A model generated the notes under the pieces. That model was not told where the DNA came from. It did no database searches and was given only the letters and a program-made list of their open reading frames with translations. A program made the translations under genes and the position numbers. DNA of 63,769 nucleotides, counting the filler, from Reticulomyxa filosa (taxonomy: Eukaryota; Protista; Foraminifera), in assembly GCA_000512085.1 (NCBI GenBank). It is 18 parts of 18 records of this genome, joined end to end, with 100 filler letters (N's around TTAATTAATTAA, not from the genome) between each part and the next. Parts side by side here need not be neighbours in the genome. Positions count along the whole stretch, not along the records: positions 49,634 to 51,949 come from ASPP01045349.1; positions 52,050 to 56,026 come from ASPP01033442.1; positions 56,127 to 59,488 come from ASPP01007536.1; positions 59,589 to 62,323 come from ASPP01018638.1; 14 more parts are not named here. One strand, written 5' to 3'. Positions 49,721 through 62,423 of the stretch are shown piece after piece; positions within the stretch are counted from its first letter, which is position 1; each line of letters begins with the position of its first letter.

Positions 49721-51910
49721 TGAAGAAACAATCGGAGAGGATAGTTATAAAAGAAATCTTAAAAAGTGAAGAGGAACAAAACGACGACGAAAAAAATGCA
49801 ACAATAAAAAGCAATAGCGAAGATACAAACATGGCCGATGAGAAAAACCACATATATGAAACACCATCAAATGTTAACGTAAAAAAAGATAAGAAGAGAC
49901 CATTGTCACAAATGAGGGCAGTAGAAGACGATTGAGAATATGAAGAATATAATGCTGAATCTCGTCAACAAGAAATTGATAAATTCTTGATACGATCGAA
50001 CAAGCGAATGAAAACAAAGGCATCAACTTCTCCGAACCAAAAAATATCACCAAAACTGTTGTCCCCAAAGAAGTTATTCAACCAATCCGAAAAACAATTT
50101 TCTCCGAAGAATTTGTCAAACAAATCTGAAAAAACATTGCCTCCGAAGAACGAGTCAAGTCTATACAAAATAAAATTGTCTCCGAAAAACCTGGGAAGCC
50201 AATCTGAAAAGCTATCACAAGCAGATTCAATCAACAATGAATATAAGCAGCGAATTATTGATATCAACGAGGAGCTCAAAAAACAGTAAATGATCGTCCA
50301 AAAACTAAATAAAGAAAAAGGTGAATTAATGCAAAAACTGGAACAAAAGGAGAAAGAAATACTTAACTTAAAAAAACAGTATAAAAAAGCATCATCACAA
50401 CCGACGTCGAATTATCAGATGACAACAAAACTAATATTGTTTGGTAAATGATTATGGAAATACAGAAACGCTGCAGAAATGTACAATCTGCTCCAGAACG
50501 GAGGCATTGCGACAGAACAAATAAAAGAAGTTTGTACAATTGGGCAAGCATCACTAGGACGAAAAGTATTCTTTATCCTGGACTGCACGTACGTATTCAT
50601 AGCCTAAATCGTGAAGCAAATCATAAAGTGGTTACCATCTATGAAGCCAAGGGATTTAAGCAGATGCAAATACTTCAATCCAGATAAGCTCCAAAAACGT
50701 GTACCAAGTGGAAACGGTAGGAACGGAAACGAAAAATTCCTGCGATGACGAAACAGTGCAATTCATTACAATAGAAGAACTAGAAATCAAAGCTCAACGA
50801 AACAAATGAAAATAGAAAATAATAACAATTATCAAAGATGGCATAGCCGCAGGCAACAATTTATACATCAATATCAGAATAGCAATAACCGGGGATATAT
50901 GTATAATCGAAAGATTAATTTTCATCCAAGACAGCATTGTCGAAGAAATATATTTGAAAGACCTTACAATTGGAGACATAACAGAGAACCTTGGTACTAT
51001 ATGCAGCCAAGTCAACGAATGGAATGGATACCAAAACATAACAACAATAACGATGCAGATAATACACATGATAATATTAAATTCTCCCAACAAAATAATG
51101 GCAATTGCTTTCAACAAAGTAATAGCAATGGGTCTCAACAAGAAGTGAAAAGCACGCAATACGTTCCAAGGATGAATAGCTACTCTAGAGCGCATGGATC
51201 TATGCAATAACTGAGGACGTAGTCGCTACTCCTCAAGTAACAACAACAATCAACCAAAATTATTTAAATTATTTAATACGGCTACACTATGTAATGATCC
51301 TAAAATAAATATATTTAAAGCTAGACTTACCTGTAATGATATTTTATTCTCTGTTACATCATACATACAACCATTAATAAACATTAACAAAACCCAAATC
51401 GCGCAACAAGCAAAAGCGGCTGATCAAAAATATAGTTCAAATAATCACAAGCAGTACAAAATTCTGTTCTTAAATATGCGTGGAGGACTGGAAACAAAAA
51501 TTCAACGAAATGCAGCATTTATGAATTTTTATAATAACCTCTTCAAAGATATACTTGGATGCTGTGAACTAAAGACAAGATCAATGGATTCATATACAAT
51601 ACTGCCACGAGCAAAGACAATATTCAAACCGGGATACTACAAGATTATGGAAAAGAATGATCACAATTGGATATGTAATGGAATGTCGGTCACCATAATC
51701 AGAACACAAATGTCTGTCCATTATCAACATACAACTTGATGATAGCACTATAAAAAGGGAAAAGATAGCTGTCATGTTTGCATATGTACCACCATATCAA
51801 AATTGTGAGGCCAGAATCGAAAATATATACAAAGATATTGGTACACAAATCGATATATTGGAGACGCTTGGATATCAGATACTTGTCATGGGAGATTTCA
51901 ATGGAAGGAA
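49721..51910 (+). mobile_element. Decayed LINE 5' region: ORF1-like segment and start of APE endonuclease
   Basis: YKILFLNMRGG (motif I), ILGCCELK (motif II Glu), FAYVPP and ILVMGDFNGR at about 51450-51910. Upstream is a stop-broken SPK-repeat/coiled-coil/QN-rich ORF1-like region (inference). Confidence 0.75.
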
Positions 51911-51912
51911 TA

Positions 51913-51949
51913 CAGTAGATTGCAAAAAAAACTGCCATACCTAAATGGC
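51913..51949 (+). mobile_element. End of the same TIR element, copy 3, inserted in the LINE endonuclease
   Basis: TA|CAGTAGATTGCAAAAAAAACTGCCATACCTAAATGGC directly after the GDFNGR codons. Confidence 0.8.
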
Positions 51950-52068
51950 NNNNNNNNNNNNNNNNNNNNNNNNNNNNNNNNNNNNNNNNNNNNTTAATTA
52001 ATTAANNNNNNNNNNNNNNNNNNNNNNNNNNNNNNNNNNNNNNNNNNNNAAAAAAAAAAAAACATTAG

Positions 52069-54199
52069 TTGGCCCGATTAAGGTATCGCCGACAACCCTT
52101 ATGGCGCAATTACATTATCAAACGCTGTCGAAAACGATGGAATAATATCGTGCTATTGACAGTAGTCGACAGACATACACGTATGCGACAAATGGATATG
52201 ATCATGATCCCACGCACTACTTCGGCACACAATGAAGACTTGTCCGAAGTCCAAAGATCCTTTCACTATATGTGCCATGTGTTGAATAAACTGCAGTACA
52301 ACACTGTGATACGAAAGTTGGATCATGGATCTGACAAATTTGCCTACTCGTGTATCACAGAGTCACCACTCGTACGATCATTCCCAGATATGTTATTAGA
52401 GGCCAAAAATCGGTCCATTGGCTACTCGGAACATTTTATCACCCAAGTTGTTGGATCTTTGATGGAAACAGTGCTCTTTTGTCACAAACACAATTGTGTC
52501 AATTTGAATCTGAACTTAAGTACGTATTAAAAAGGAGGCTACACACGCTGTTTTTTTTTTAACATTTTTTTTTAACATTTTTTTTTAACATTTTTTTTTG
52601 AATGGGGCTTGATTAATAGATCATTTGGCATTTGATTCACAATTGCGACCAATATTAACTGATTTCTCTCGAGCAGTCATTTTGGAGCCAAATCAAAAAG
52701 CACAGCAAATCAGTTGAGACAGCTTGTTTTTATCTTTTGCCATATATCATATACGGTATGTGTGCATAATAAATGTTTTTTTTTTTTTTGGGGGGGGGGA
52801 AAAAAAATTATTTACTAAAAAGCATCCGTAATAAGTTCGACACCACCTGAGCTAGCACTTTTGATGGGCACTGATATGCCAGGAATGAATATTGAGTTGA
52901 ATGGCAAAGTGTTGAGGAAAGCAGATTCATGGAGAGTAGGAGTATTGTTGTACACATTGGTAACAGGCACTTTGCCATACGTGGCGTCAACACTGCAAAA
53001 CTTTATCACTCAAATATTTTCACAAAAACCAATTATTCCGATCAACGAAATCAAATGCTCCCAAAGTTTGAAGAATCTGCTTGCGCAATTACTTGAACCA
53101 ACGTTTTTTAAGCGAGTTGATATTCAAGATGCACTTGAGCATGTTTGGTTTAAAGTTTAGTCACGTGTTTTGTTTTTTTTTTTTTTTGTAAATCCATTTT
53201 TACAAAACAAATACAAAGAAAAACAACAAACAAACAAAAAAATTAATTAAGACTGCCTCCAAAGATCTCTTACCTGTGGATGTGTATTTCAAAATTCAAA
53301 ACTATGATCGCATCGAAGAGGCAAGAAATTGGATATCAGCAATCACTCAGTTTACTTTTCTCTCTTTTCATTGTTTGGTGCAAACTTTCGCATTGTTGTC
53401 CTTTTGCACAGCAAAGGATACGATTTACCTAACCATGCAGAGCGAGATCGCAAATATTTCGTGCGGCTGGATTCCACAGGCCAACGGCAAAAACTAAGAG
53501 TTAAAGCACCAAAAGATTGAATTCTTTTTCCATTGCGTGTACTTTTTAGCTAATATCGGAATATAAAAACAATATGTGTATATGATTCTATAAACAAAGC
53601 ACGATAATTTGATATTCTTTTTGCAAGATCGCCTGGGCTATTGTCAATTTCATGCACGTAAATTAATTAAAGTTTAGACATTTGTTTATTATTTTTATTT
53701 TTTCCCACTTCATTTTGATAAAAACGTGGAGTTTTATGTATATTTTGTGTGCGATCATTCATGACTTAATCATCAAAACAAAAAAAACAGGACATTGCCA
53801 GAGCAGAAAAGAAACTACAATGGTCATGGAAAGAATTTGAACTTCACTATCACGAATTAGATATGGCAAAAAATCCAACCATGTTAGTAACTAATGCCAT
53901 ATTTAGAGGACTTGATCCAGAAGGAACGGGCGCTGTGAAATCGTCCTTATTACTAACCCTCTTTCAAGATATCAATTTACGAATGAAACCTGTTACCGAT
54001 AAAATTGAATCGCAACCAGAGATGAAGTATGTTTTGTGTTGTGCTGTTTAAAAATAGGCAAACTTCATGTTTTTTTTATTACAGGTTCGACGAAGTATAC
54101 GAAGGTCTGAAAAAGGCCATACATGAAGGATTTGATATCTTGGAGCTGTTGTCAGTTGATCACATAGTCAAAGCGCCAGAGAAAAAAAAGACAAAGTAA
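52069..54199 (+). CDS. CAMK/CDPK-like pseudokinase with degenerate EF-hands, 5' truncated
   Basis: VLFCHKHNCVNLNL (HRD lost), ILTDFSRA (DFG>DFS), PPE, ADSWRVGVLLYTLVTGTLPY, RVDIQDALEHVW; C-terminal LDSTGQ and IFRGLDPEGTGAV EF-hand-like loops. Confidence 0.75.
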
Positions 54200-54740
54200 A
54201 TTCTTCATTTTCTAAAAATTTTCAAAAGGTTAATCAGTAACAATTATTGGGCCATGTTTGTGTTCGTGGGACAAGAACATGTTACCACTTTTTTGCGATC
54301 ACTTCAAAATCAATCTTGAAATCAAATTAATTATTCTATTTTTTTGATACCGAGGAATTTTATACTCGCTGGTGAAGTTGACAAATACATATTTTTACGT
54401 GAAAAGCGCGGTTTTCTGGCAAATAGCGCAATACGACAATTTTCAAATTTTTTTTGAACCATAAATAATTGAGCATTCTCTCGAACTTCCTTCTACAATA
54501 TACATTGGAATTTTTTAACTAACTGAAGTTTAATTTCTGTTACAAAAATGGAAAGTGCATACACTTTTTTAAACTATGTTACAAAATAAGCAAAAATATG
54601 TTTTTAGTTGTGTTGGGTACGTTGTGGTAAAGACAATTTTTTTTGTACTCCCCACAATCAAAATACATGAAAGATCTGGTTATCACTGCCCATATTTGTG
54701 CTTATTAAAATTGTCAGCCGAGAATGTCCACAAACCTTAA

Positions 54741-55984
54741 ATGGAACATTTAAATTCATTAACAGAAAGTTAGTGTTGTTTATCTTGAATACCTAGAAGA
54801 AACAAAGAACAAATCACAATATGACTCAGAGCTTCGTGTATCGGAGGAAATTGTCGACACAGCAATCCGACTATCAATTGAAGAAAACGGAAACACAAAC
54901 GATGTTGGAACACAAACTCCGGGTCTGTTGCAAATCTTACGTGCATACGAGCAGGTCTTGTTGAAATATGACATCAAACCTGAGCAAGATATTTTTTATT
55001 ATCGCTTTTTATTACGTTTGAACATGGACCCTGAAAAGAATTGGAAATTGAAATTTCAAAAGTCGGGATTGCTTTGTTTGTTTTTTTTTGAAGTCCATTC
55101 TTAGAAATCTTTTTTTTTTTCCAAAAAGAATGGAGGGAGATAAGTAGGCAACATAAAACATGTGGAATATAGGTATCGACAACAGTTGTTAGAGAATCCG
55201 AACACTTCGTTATTGGAAATAACAACAGCAAACATGAATGTCTATTCTCCATCACAAAATAGTGCACATCACGAAAAAAAGCAAAGTATCATGACCGAAG
55301 TTACAGCCGAAAGAGATGAAGCCCTGGTGCTGATGTCTCCAAAGCAGATAAGCGACGGTGTGTGTATGTGCAGAAGAGAAGGAAGAGAAAAATACGTATT
55401 CACATTTTTCTTTTTACTTATGTATCAACGGTAATGGATTACGCATAGAGCGTCATGATGAGAAGAGTGGCAGTGTGTATGCTTCATCCGAGTGGTCTTT
55501 GTCGGTCAGTCCACCCAATGAACCACAAACACATTCAATGAAGAAAGAAGCAGCTGACAATGTGCATTTGCAAGTAATGAAAGAAGCCATTGGTGCCGGA
55601 ATGACAAACACAAAGATGAAGACAATGGCAAATATAAAAACAAAGACAAAGACAAAGAAAAAGAAGCAAAGAAGCACATCAGTACGTGCCACCAAAGAGA
55701 TGAAAAGTGGTGGGGAAGATGTGGAGGAAATGTCATTCCATCCAGTCAGCCGTTCATTGGGCCCTTTCGCTTCAACAAGCCAACCAATCTTTGACAAGCA
55801 CACAGGCAAGACAAAACTTTATGACCGCTCATCATCAGTATTTGTTTGCGGCAAAGATCGTGACTTTGACGTATACACAGGTAACGATGAAAACAACTTT
55901 GTATCAATGTTGGAACAAGTGTTACGTCCTGATATTGCAAGAGAGCGTAAACATTTCAATCAATGGTCTAGGTATGCCTTTTTC

Positions 55985-56015
<31 letters not shown>

Positions 56016-56026
56016 TTTTTTTTTTT
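54741..56026 (+). CDS. SFI1-like centrosomal protein, N-terminal part
   Basis: About 54920-55060 reads LLQILRAYEQVLLKYDIKPEQDIFYYRFLLRLNMDPEKNWKLKF, which resembles the N-terminal domain I recall in fungal and oomycete Sfi1 proteins; 'KHFNQW' may begin the Trp repeats. Confidence 0.55.
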
Positions 56027-56212
56027 NNNNNNNNNNNNNNNNNNNNNNNNNNNNNNNNNNNNNNNNNNNNTTAATTAATTAANNNNNNNNNNNNNNNNNN
56101 NNNNNNNNNNNNNNNNNNNNNNNNNNAAAAAAAAAAAAAAAAAAAAATATTGAAAATTGAAATTTTCAAATAAATATATATATTTATACATATATATATA
56201 TTCAAAAAATAC

Positions 56213-56966
56213 TTACAATCCATTTAATGCTTCCACTTTTTCCAATAAGGTGTTTTTTTCCACTTGTACTTTGTCGCTGAGCCACTGCAGTATACGTTGC
56301 AACTTCACCATTTCTGCCGTTTCAATGCTCAACGCAAGTGCCGTTTTTGTCAATTGAGCAATAATCACTCTGCAGAGCTGCTTCACTTTGCTTGATATCA
56401 ACACGGTGTTCATGCTATCTCCAGATCTCTGTTAAGGTCAGTACATTCGAAAAGATTGACTCAGTCTTTTCTTTAAAAAAAAAAAAAAAAAAAAAAGCTA
56501 AAACAATGAATCTTACGCACTAACATAATGTCGTGTTTTGGAATCCTTGGGCGGGAAAAACGGTTTTTCTTTTTGAGTTTTGATTTGGTGTTGTGCTTTT
56601 TGGCTCTGCCGCTTTTTACGTTTGCGTCTACGTTTGTGTTTGCTGCAGGATTGCGACCAAACCTATACATGACCAATGAAGGTTGTTTGTTGACTAGCAG
56701 ATATAAATTTTTAAAAATTGACTCATTAGTTCAATATCTTCATTTTACGTAACTGGCTCTTCTTTGTTGTCGGACATCTTTTCGTCATTAAAATTCGACA
56801 CTGTTGTCGCTTCGTCGATCAGACACTCCAATTCGGAATGAAGCTTCTTTGTAGCGCTGTCCAATTCGTCCAGCAACTCTCCGTTTTCTTCCAGATTACT
56901 GTACAAATCATCTAAAGTAGGCCATTTGTCAAAACTTTGCTCTGATTTATCTTCAGAGTCACTCAT
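56213..56966 (-). CDS. Hypothetical coiled-coil protein, 5' exons
   Basis: ATG at 56966, three coding-like exons, runs into the spacer. Confidence 0.5.
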
Positions 56967-57285
56967 CCGTCACGTTCTGCAAGATAATTGTAAAAGAGAT
57001 CAAGGGAAGATTTCAAAAAAGAAAGCAACATACACGGCTTTTTTTAAAAAGGATGGCGTATATTAATTAGGCAGAAATTATTCTAACACGATCAACAATC
57101 TTTTTATTTGAGAAAAAAATTACTGTTTGTAAAGAAATCAATTTATTGAAAGATAATTGATGTTTGAAATCTAAAATATCTCTAAAGTTGTGAAAATCAT
57201 TTCCCAAGCCATTCAAAAACTAATTTTTATTGGATAAAAATCAAAACAAAATTTTATCTATATCTCCCAAAAATTTGTTATGTGT

Positions 57286-58660
57286 TCATCCCCAAACATG
57301 AATTGGACCTTCATGTGCACCATAACATAAATTAGCATAGGAATCATTTACTTTTTGTTCATTGTTCTTTCTTCTCTTTTTCAATGGTATAAACTTAAGA
57401 CATACTACTCCATCATCTTTTTTATCTCCTTTGATTAAATATAATTCCTCCTTGTTTGATCGAATATCCCAAAATCGAATTGTATTATCAACTGATCCAG
57501 AACATATCACATTTGATCTACCGATTTCGATATTGTTAAGTACGAATGGTGAATATTCAACAGCAAAGACAGTATTTGTATGTCCATTGAACACTTGAAT
57601 TTGTTGACCAGATCGAATATCCCATAAACGAACAGTTTTATCGAGTGCTCCAGATAATATTGTATTTCCTAATTCATTTGATCCATATTTTACACTCATC
57701 AATACATTGTAATGTCCTTTGAAAACAATCGATTGCTTGGCCGTTTCGATATCCCATATGCAAATAGTATTATCATATGATCCAGAGCAAATGGTATATC
57801 CATTACCGCCAAAACGATTACTTTCATCATAACTGTTGTTACTGCTTTGTAATGGTGAAACGTCCAAACATCGAACACAATCTTGATGTCCATTAAAAAT
57901 ATGCAATGATTTGGATGTTTCAACATCCCATAAACGAATTGTTCTGTCATATGATCCAGAAAACAAATACCTACCACCAGCAAATGGTGAAAATTCAATC
58001 GCACCAATCCAATCTTTGTGTTCATTGAATACTAGCAATTGTTGATTATTTTTGAAATCCCAAAAACGAATAGTTTTGTCTTGTGATGAAAAGCAAACGA
58101 CATTACGATGCTTGCTGTGATAATAATATTGTGAAAATTTCACACAGATTACAGTATCTGAATGTCCATCGAGCGATTGAACTTGTTTGTTGTTATCAAA
58201 ATCCCATATACGAACTGTATTATCTTTTGATCCAGAACAAATGAGTTGACTATCACCAAATGTCGAATAATCAATACTCCACACAATACTCGAGTGCCCA
58301 GTGAATGTATTGAGTAGTTTGGACGATGAACGAAAAGTGTCAAACATGAAGACTATACTTGACTGTGTTAAAATTGTAATTATAAATACTGTGAAAAATA
58401 TAATTAAAATAAAAATTAAAAAAAAAACATAACATAATTGACAACAAATTTATCAAGATCTTTGGTCCATCCCAATTTAATCTTTAATACTCGAATCCAA
58501 TGATGAATAATTATTTGAATATCTTTTTCTAGCTGATTTAATCATAAGCCACATGCAAAAATACACAAAAACCAAAAAATAACTAGCATTTTGAAACATT
58601 GAATGGAGTTTACCAATATCGTCGTATTGAAGCTTGTTCTTCATTGATATGAGTGATCAT
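57286..58660 (-). CDS. WD40 repeat protein of a lineage-expanded family
   Basis: 353-aa exon with 6-7 GH...ICSGS.DNT.R.WD repeats; upstream exon EKDIQIIIHHWIRVLKIKLGWTKDLDKFVVNY (about 58430-58530); candidate ATG at 58660. Confidence 0.93.
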
Positions 58661-59345
58661 TCTTCTTTTTAAGTTAGTCTTGGATGATGCAAGATAAAAA
58701 TTTAATTTTTTTTTCAAGATCAATGAAGGGGCTACTACAAACATTTTACACTTAAAGGTTTTTGACAACATTTAAAAACAGTTTAAAAAGTGTGAATGAA
58801 GGAAATTTTATATTTTATGAAGTAATAATGGATTAAATCAATATTATGAAGCATTAAATAAATCTTTATTGCTTTTAAATCAGTTAACTTAAAGAACTTC
58901 ATCTTGATATGTTCGTCGTTTTTATAGAATAATTTTAATACTTTGAGTAAAACAATAATATTCTGTAAAGATTGATGTAGTAAAATATTATACTAGTCTT
59001 AATCTCTTGTAGTGATAACATCTTCAATGAAAATTTAACAATTTCTTCAATTACATGGTTTGCATTTAATGTAAGACTCTAACAATATACTTGTGAATGA
59101 CTTAGATAACAGAAAAAAGCAAACTAGAGATCTACACGCGATTTGTTGATTCATTTTCATTCAGCATTTGTCATATTAAATTGAATTATTTAAATAAATG
59201 AATTGACCTTCAGAAATAAGTACATGAATGACACCCTTGAAAACTTTTTGCAATGAAATTGTTTATAGTAATCCAAAAAAGCATGCTTATTTCTTCATCA
59301 AAGATAGCAAAATACATGCTCATTTGTCACTCAAAAACATTTCTA

Positions 59346-59488
59346 CATTAAGTTGCAAAGAAAACTGAACGCATAAAACATATCTTATGATGATAATTGA
59401 TTTTCTCAATGAAAAATCAACATTTAGACCTAATTTTTTTTTTATTTAAAAAAAATATCTACAAGTATTGTAGTTTTTAAATATGATA
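59346..59488 (+). mobile_element. Older, diverged end of the same TIR element, copy 4
   Basis: TA|CATTAAGTTGCAAAGAAAACTG ... GATTTTCTCAATGAAAAAT ... TATTGTAGTTTTTAAATAT aligns with 49342-49475. Confidence 0.7.
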
Positions 59489-59590
59489 NNNNNNNNNNNN
59501 NNNNNNNNNNNNNNNNNNNNNNNNNNNNNNNNTTAATTAATTAANNNNNNNNNNNNNNNNNNNNNNNNNNNNNNNNNNNNNNNNNNNNTT

Positions 59591-59633
<43 letters not shown>

Positions 59634-59718
59634 AGGTATACGCTCAATCTCAAAAAAAAAATATCCAACTCCAATTTTTTTTTTAAATTAGAGTTTTTAT
59701 GTACAAATATTTTTCTTG

Positions 59719-60238
59719 TTAACGTTTGTCCATTCTCTTCGTTTTCACTCGAAACTTTTTACTCCATGGACACTCTGACTTTGGATTGGTATTGATTACG
59801 ATCCGGATGAATATATTATAAACCGTACTCGGCTTTAATCCATTGAATTGATAATATTTCTGCGTGTTTGGTATCTCAACTTGTTCGATGTTCGTTTTTG
59901 TCTCTTCTATTGTCGACACAAATTTTTTGGTAAAATTTTCTTCAACAATTTTGGACATTAAAATGCCACGTATTCGCAGATGATGTAATTTCTGTTTGCT
60001 TTGGGATGTATTTTTCTATGTATGTGCTCACAGCCTCTTCCAATTGCCATACAACCATTATGCTCTTATCTTTTAGGACAAGAGATCGCAAATTAGTCGG
60101 AACATTCGTCTCTTTTTTTGTTGTTGTGTTGCACAATTTTATTATTATAACAATTTTTATTTTTGTACCTGCTTGTTTGGAATCCAGTGAGTTTGGATCC
60201 GATATTCTGGACGTGGGCTCATTTGCCGTCAAATCCAT
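59719..60238 (-). CDS. Fibronectin type III domain protein, 5' exons
   Basis: VPTNLRS...SIMVVWQ and YQFNGLKPSTVYNIFIR...CPWSK, the FN3 W and L.P.T.Y pattern. Confidence 0.65.
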
Positions 60239-61327
60239 TATTACTTTTTTCTTTTTTTAACCTTAATTTGGTGCACTCTTTTTTTTTGTTTGCTTCTATA
60301 ATTTTTTAAGAAACATTACTTTTTAATAATATATTTTGTTATTTGACATTAAATTTGCTTTATGTTTATTGCTTTATAGAATAAGCTGTTTACCTATGTT
60401 TTGTTAAATCAGGTTGTTTTTTGCTTTTTTTTTTGAAGATTTTAAAAGTGTGCTAATATTTTTAAAAAATTTTTATTGCTTTAATTGTTTATATTTGTTT
60501 TTTGAATTTATGTTCGTATTTTAACTATTTGCTTTTTTTACTAGTTCTCTCAACAAAGCAATCAATGAACGGAGCCTTCCCAAGTTTGGCTTTATTTGTT
60601 CATAATATGTTCTTACTAGTGACAGTTTTTTGACGCCTTGACTAGCTCCAAAGTCAGGCTCTCAAGTTTAATACATTTTTGTTGACATGACGAGGCTACA
60701 TGCTACTGGCTTAATGACTCCAACTTTCTTAAGCTAAAAACTTCATTTACTTTTCTGACTCTTTTTCCAAGCCTTCAAATTCTACTATCGTTTAAATTCT
60801 CTGCTATGCCTTCTAACCATTTTATAAACAGGACCAATATAAACAAAATTACATCAAGCAAGAGTTGATAGAAATGCAACGAATAAATTTCTTCCTATTT
60901 CTAAGCGTTCTCTTTAACCTTTTTGTGCAACATATACTTAATAAACATTTTATAGCTCTTTGATAAAATTTTTGGCCACAAACAATGCCTCGTTTCAAGA
61001 GAAAAGTCTTTTTGCTTGTACTTCTTGCCTTACCCACGGACGTTAAAAAAAACTATTAAAGATAATGGACGCCTTTAAAATTATTTTATTTTTGGTGCTT
61101 GCCTACTGCTATCTTGTTTGTTTTCCTATTGTGACTTATAATGCCTTTCGTTTGTATCGACACAAGAAAAGTGATTCATTCAGTTTTGTAGGACAAGAAA
61201 GCAGATAAACGTTGGCCTGATGCCTCCGTTCCTTTTTTTTTTCTTCATTGAAAAGAGGGAAAAGGGAGGGGAAAAAAAGAAGACAATAGACCCAGTTGTT
61301 GTTTGTGATGAATAGAAAAACGGCATT

Positions 61328-62198
61328 CATGGCATGTGGTTTTATACTACATATTAGTGTTATTTCATATTTTAGTGGACGCTCCAGGGAGGTTGATCGC
61401 ATTATATACGAACGACAACACAAACAAGTCATGGGGCAACTTGGAAAACTTTGAGATGGTAGCGTTTGCATTGGTATTTTTATCTCGATTTTGGTTATTG
61501 TATTATGATTATCGCTATGCAGATACAATAGCGAATATCACGTGGCGTTTGGAGATTCACCCCGCGTATCAAAATCAGAACTGGTGGATCCAAAGGAAGT
61601 CGACATTTGGCAGCGCCAATGTTGTGGGCCTATTTTTTTTTTTATTTGGATTATTTGTTGTGTGATATCGGTGTATGTGCGTCAAAGCGTAGAGAGAGAC
61701 GTCGCCTCGTTTCTGTTGTTCAGCGTGTTTGTTGTGCCAATGGTATGTGCATTTGTGACAATACTAATAAAAGTGAAGTCACTATCGGATGGGTTTAACA
61801 TTCGAAAGGAATTGAATGCATGTTTCATGACGGTATTTATATCTCTGTTATTGTATTTGGCATTGATGTTGTGTCGCCATGTGATCTCCAAAAGGAATGA
61901 TGTGTACGTGGTGTTAGCGACATTTCTTGTCACCACCTCGACGACGACAGTGGCTTATCTCAACGCCTATTTCATTGTGGTCGCGCCTTATCGCAAGGAC
62001 GCCGTTGATCAGACGCTTCTCAACGAAATCGGCGAGTTGCCCTTGGATACCTTGCTGTCCAAACGAGAGTGGTTCCAAGTGTTCATGCAGCATTTGGTGT
62101 CCGAATTTAGTGTGGAAAACCTCCTATTTACGTGCGAAGTCCAGCAGTTTCGAAGCACCTTGCATTATCAAAAGTTCCGAAACGTGTACCTAACATAA
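61328..62198 (+). CDS. 7TM-RGS (multi-TM protein fused to an RGS domain), partial
   Basis: Several TM helices, DGFNIRKEL loop, then LDTLL..REWFQVFMQHLVSEFSVENLLFTCEVQQFR (RGS EFSxENLxF motif). Confidence 0.88.
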
Positions 62199-62287
62199 AC
62201 ACGTACATGCATATTCTATTTGGAGTTTTTTTTTTTTTTTAGGTTGCTTTTGGGTTAGATAGTGGGACGTATATCGTATGTACTTAC

Positions 62288-62323
<36 letters not shown>

Positions 62324-62423
62324 NNNNNNNNNNNNNNNNNNNNNNNNNNNNNNNNNNNNNNNNNNNNTTAATTAATTAANNNNNNNNNNNNNNNNNNNNN
62401 NNNNNNNNNNNNNNNNNNNNNNN

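Noticed and set aside
60560-61080. Short basic ORF at 60849-61037
   Set aside because: No motif support and the surrounding frames are stop-broken.
5609-62423. Recurring TTAATTAATTAA palindrome between N runs as a biological repeat, and any cross-contig gene cluster
   Set aside because: Fixed 100-bp synthetic linker with six-frame stops; neighbouring contigs are not demonstrably adjacent.
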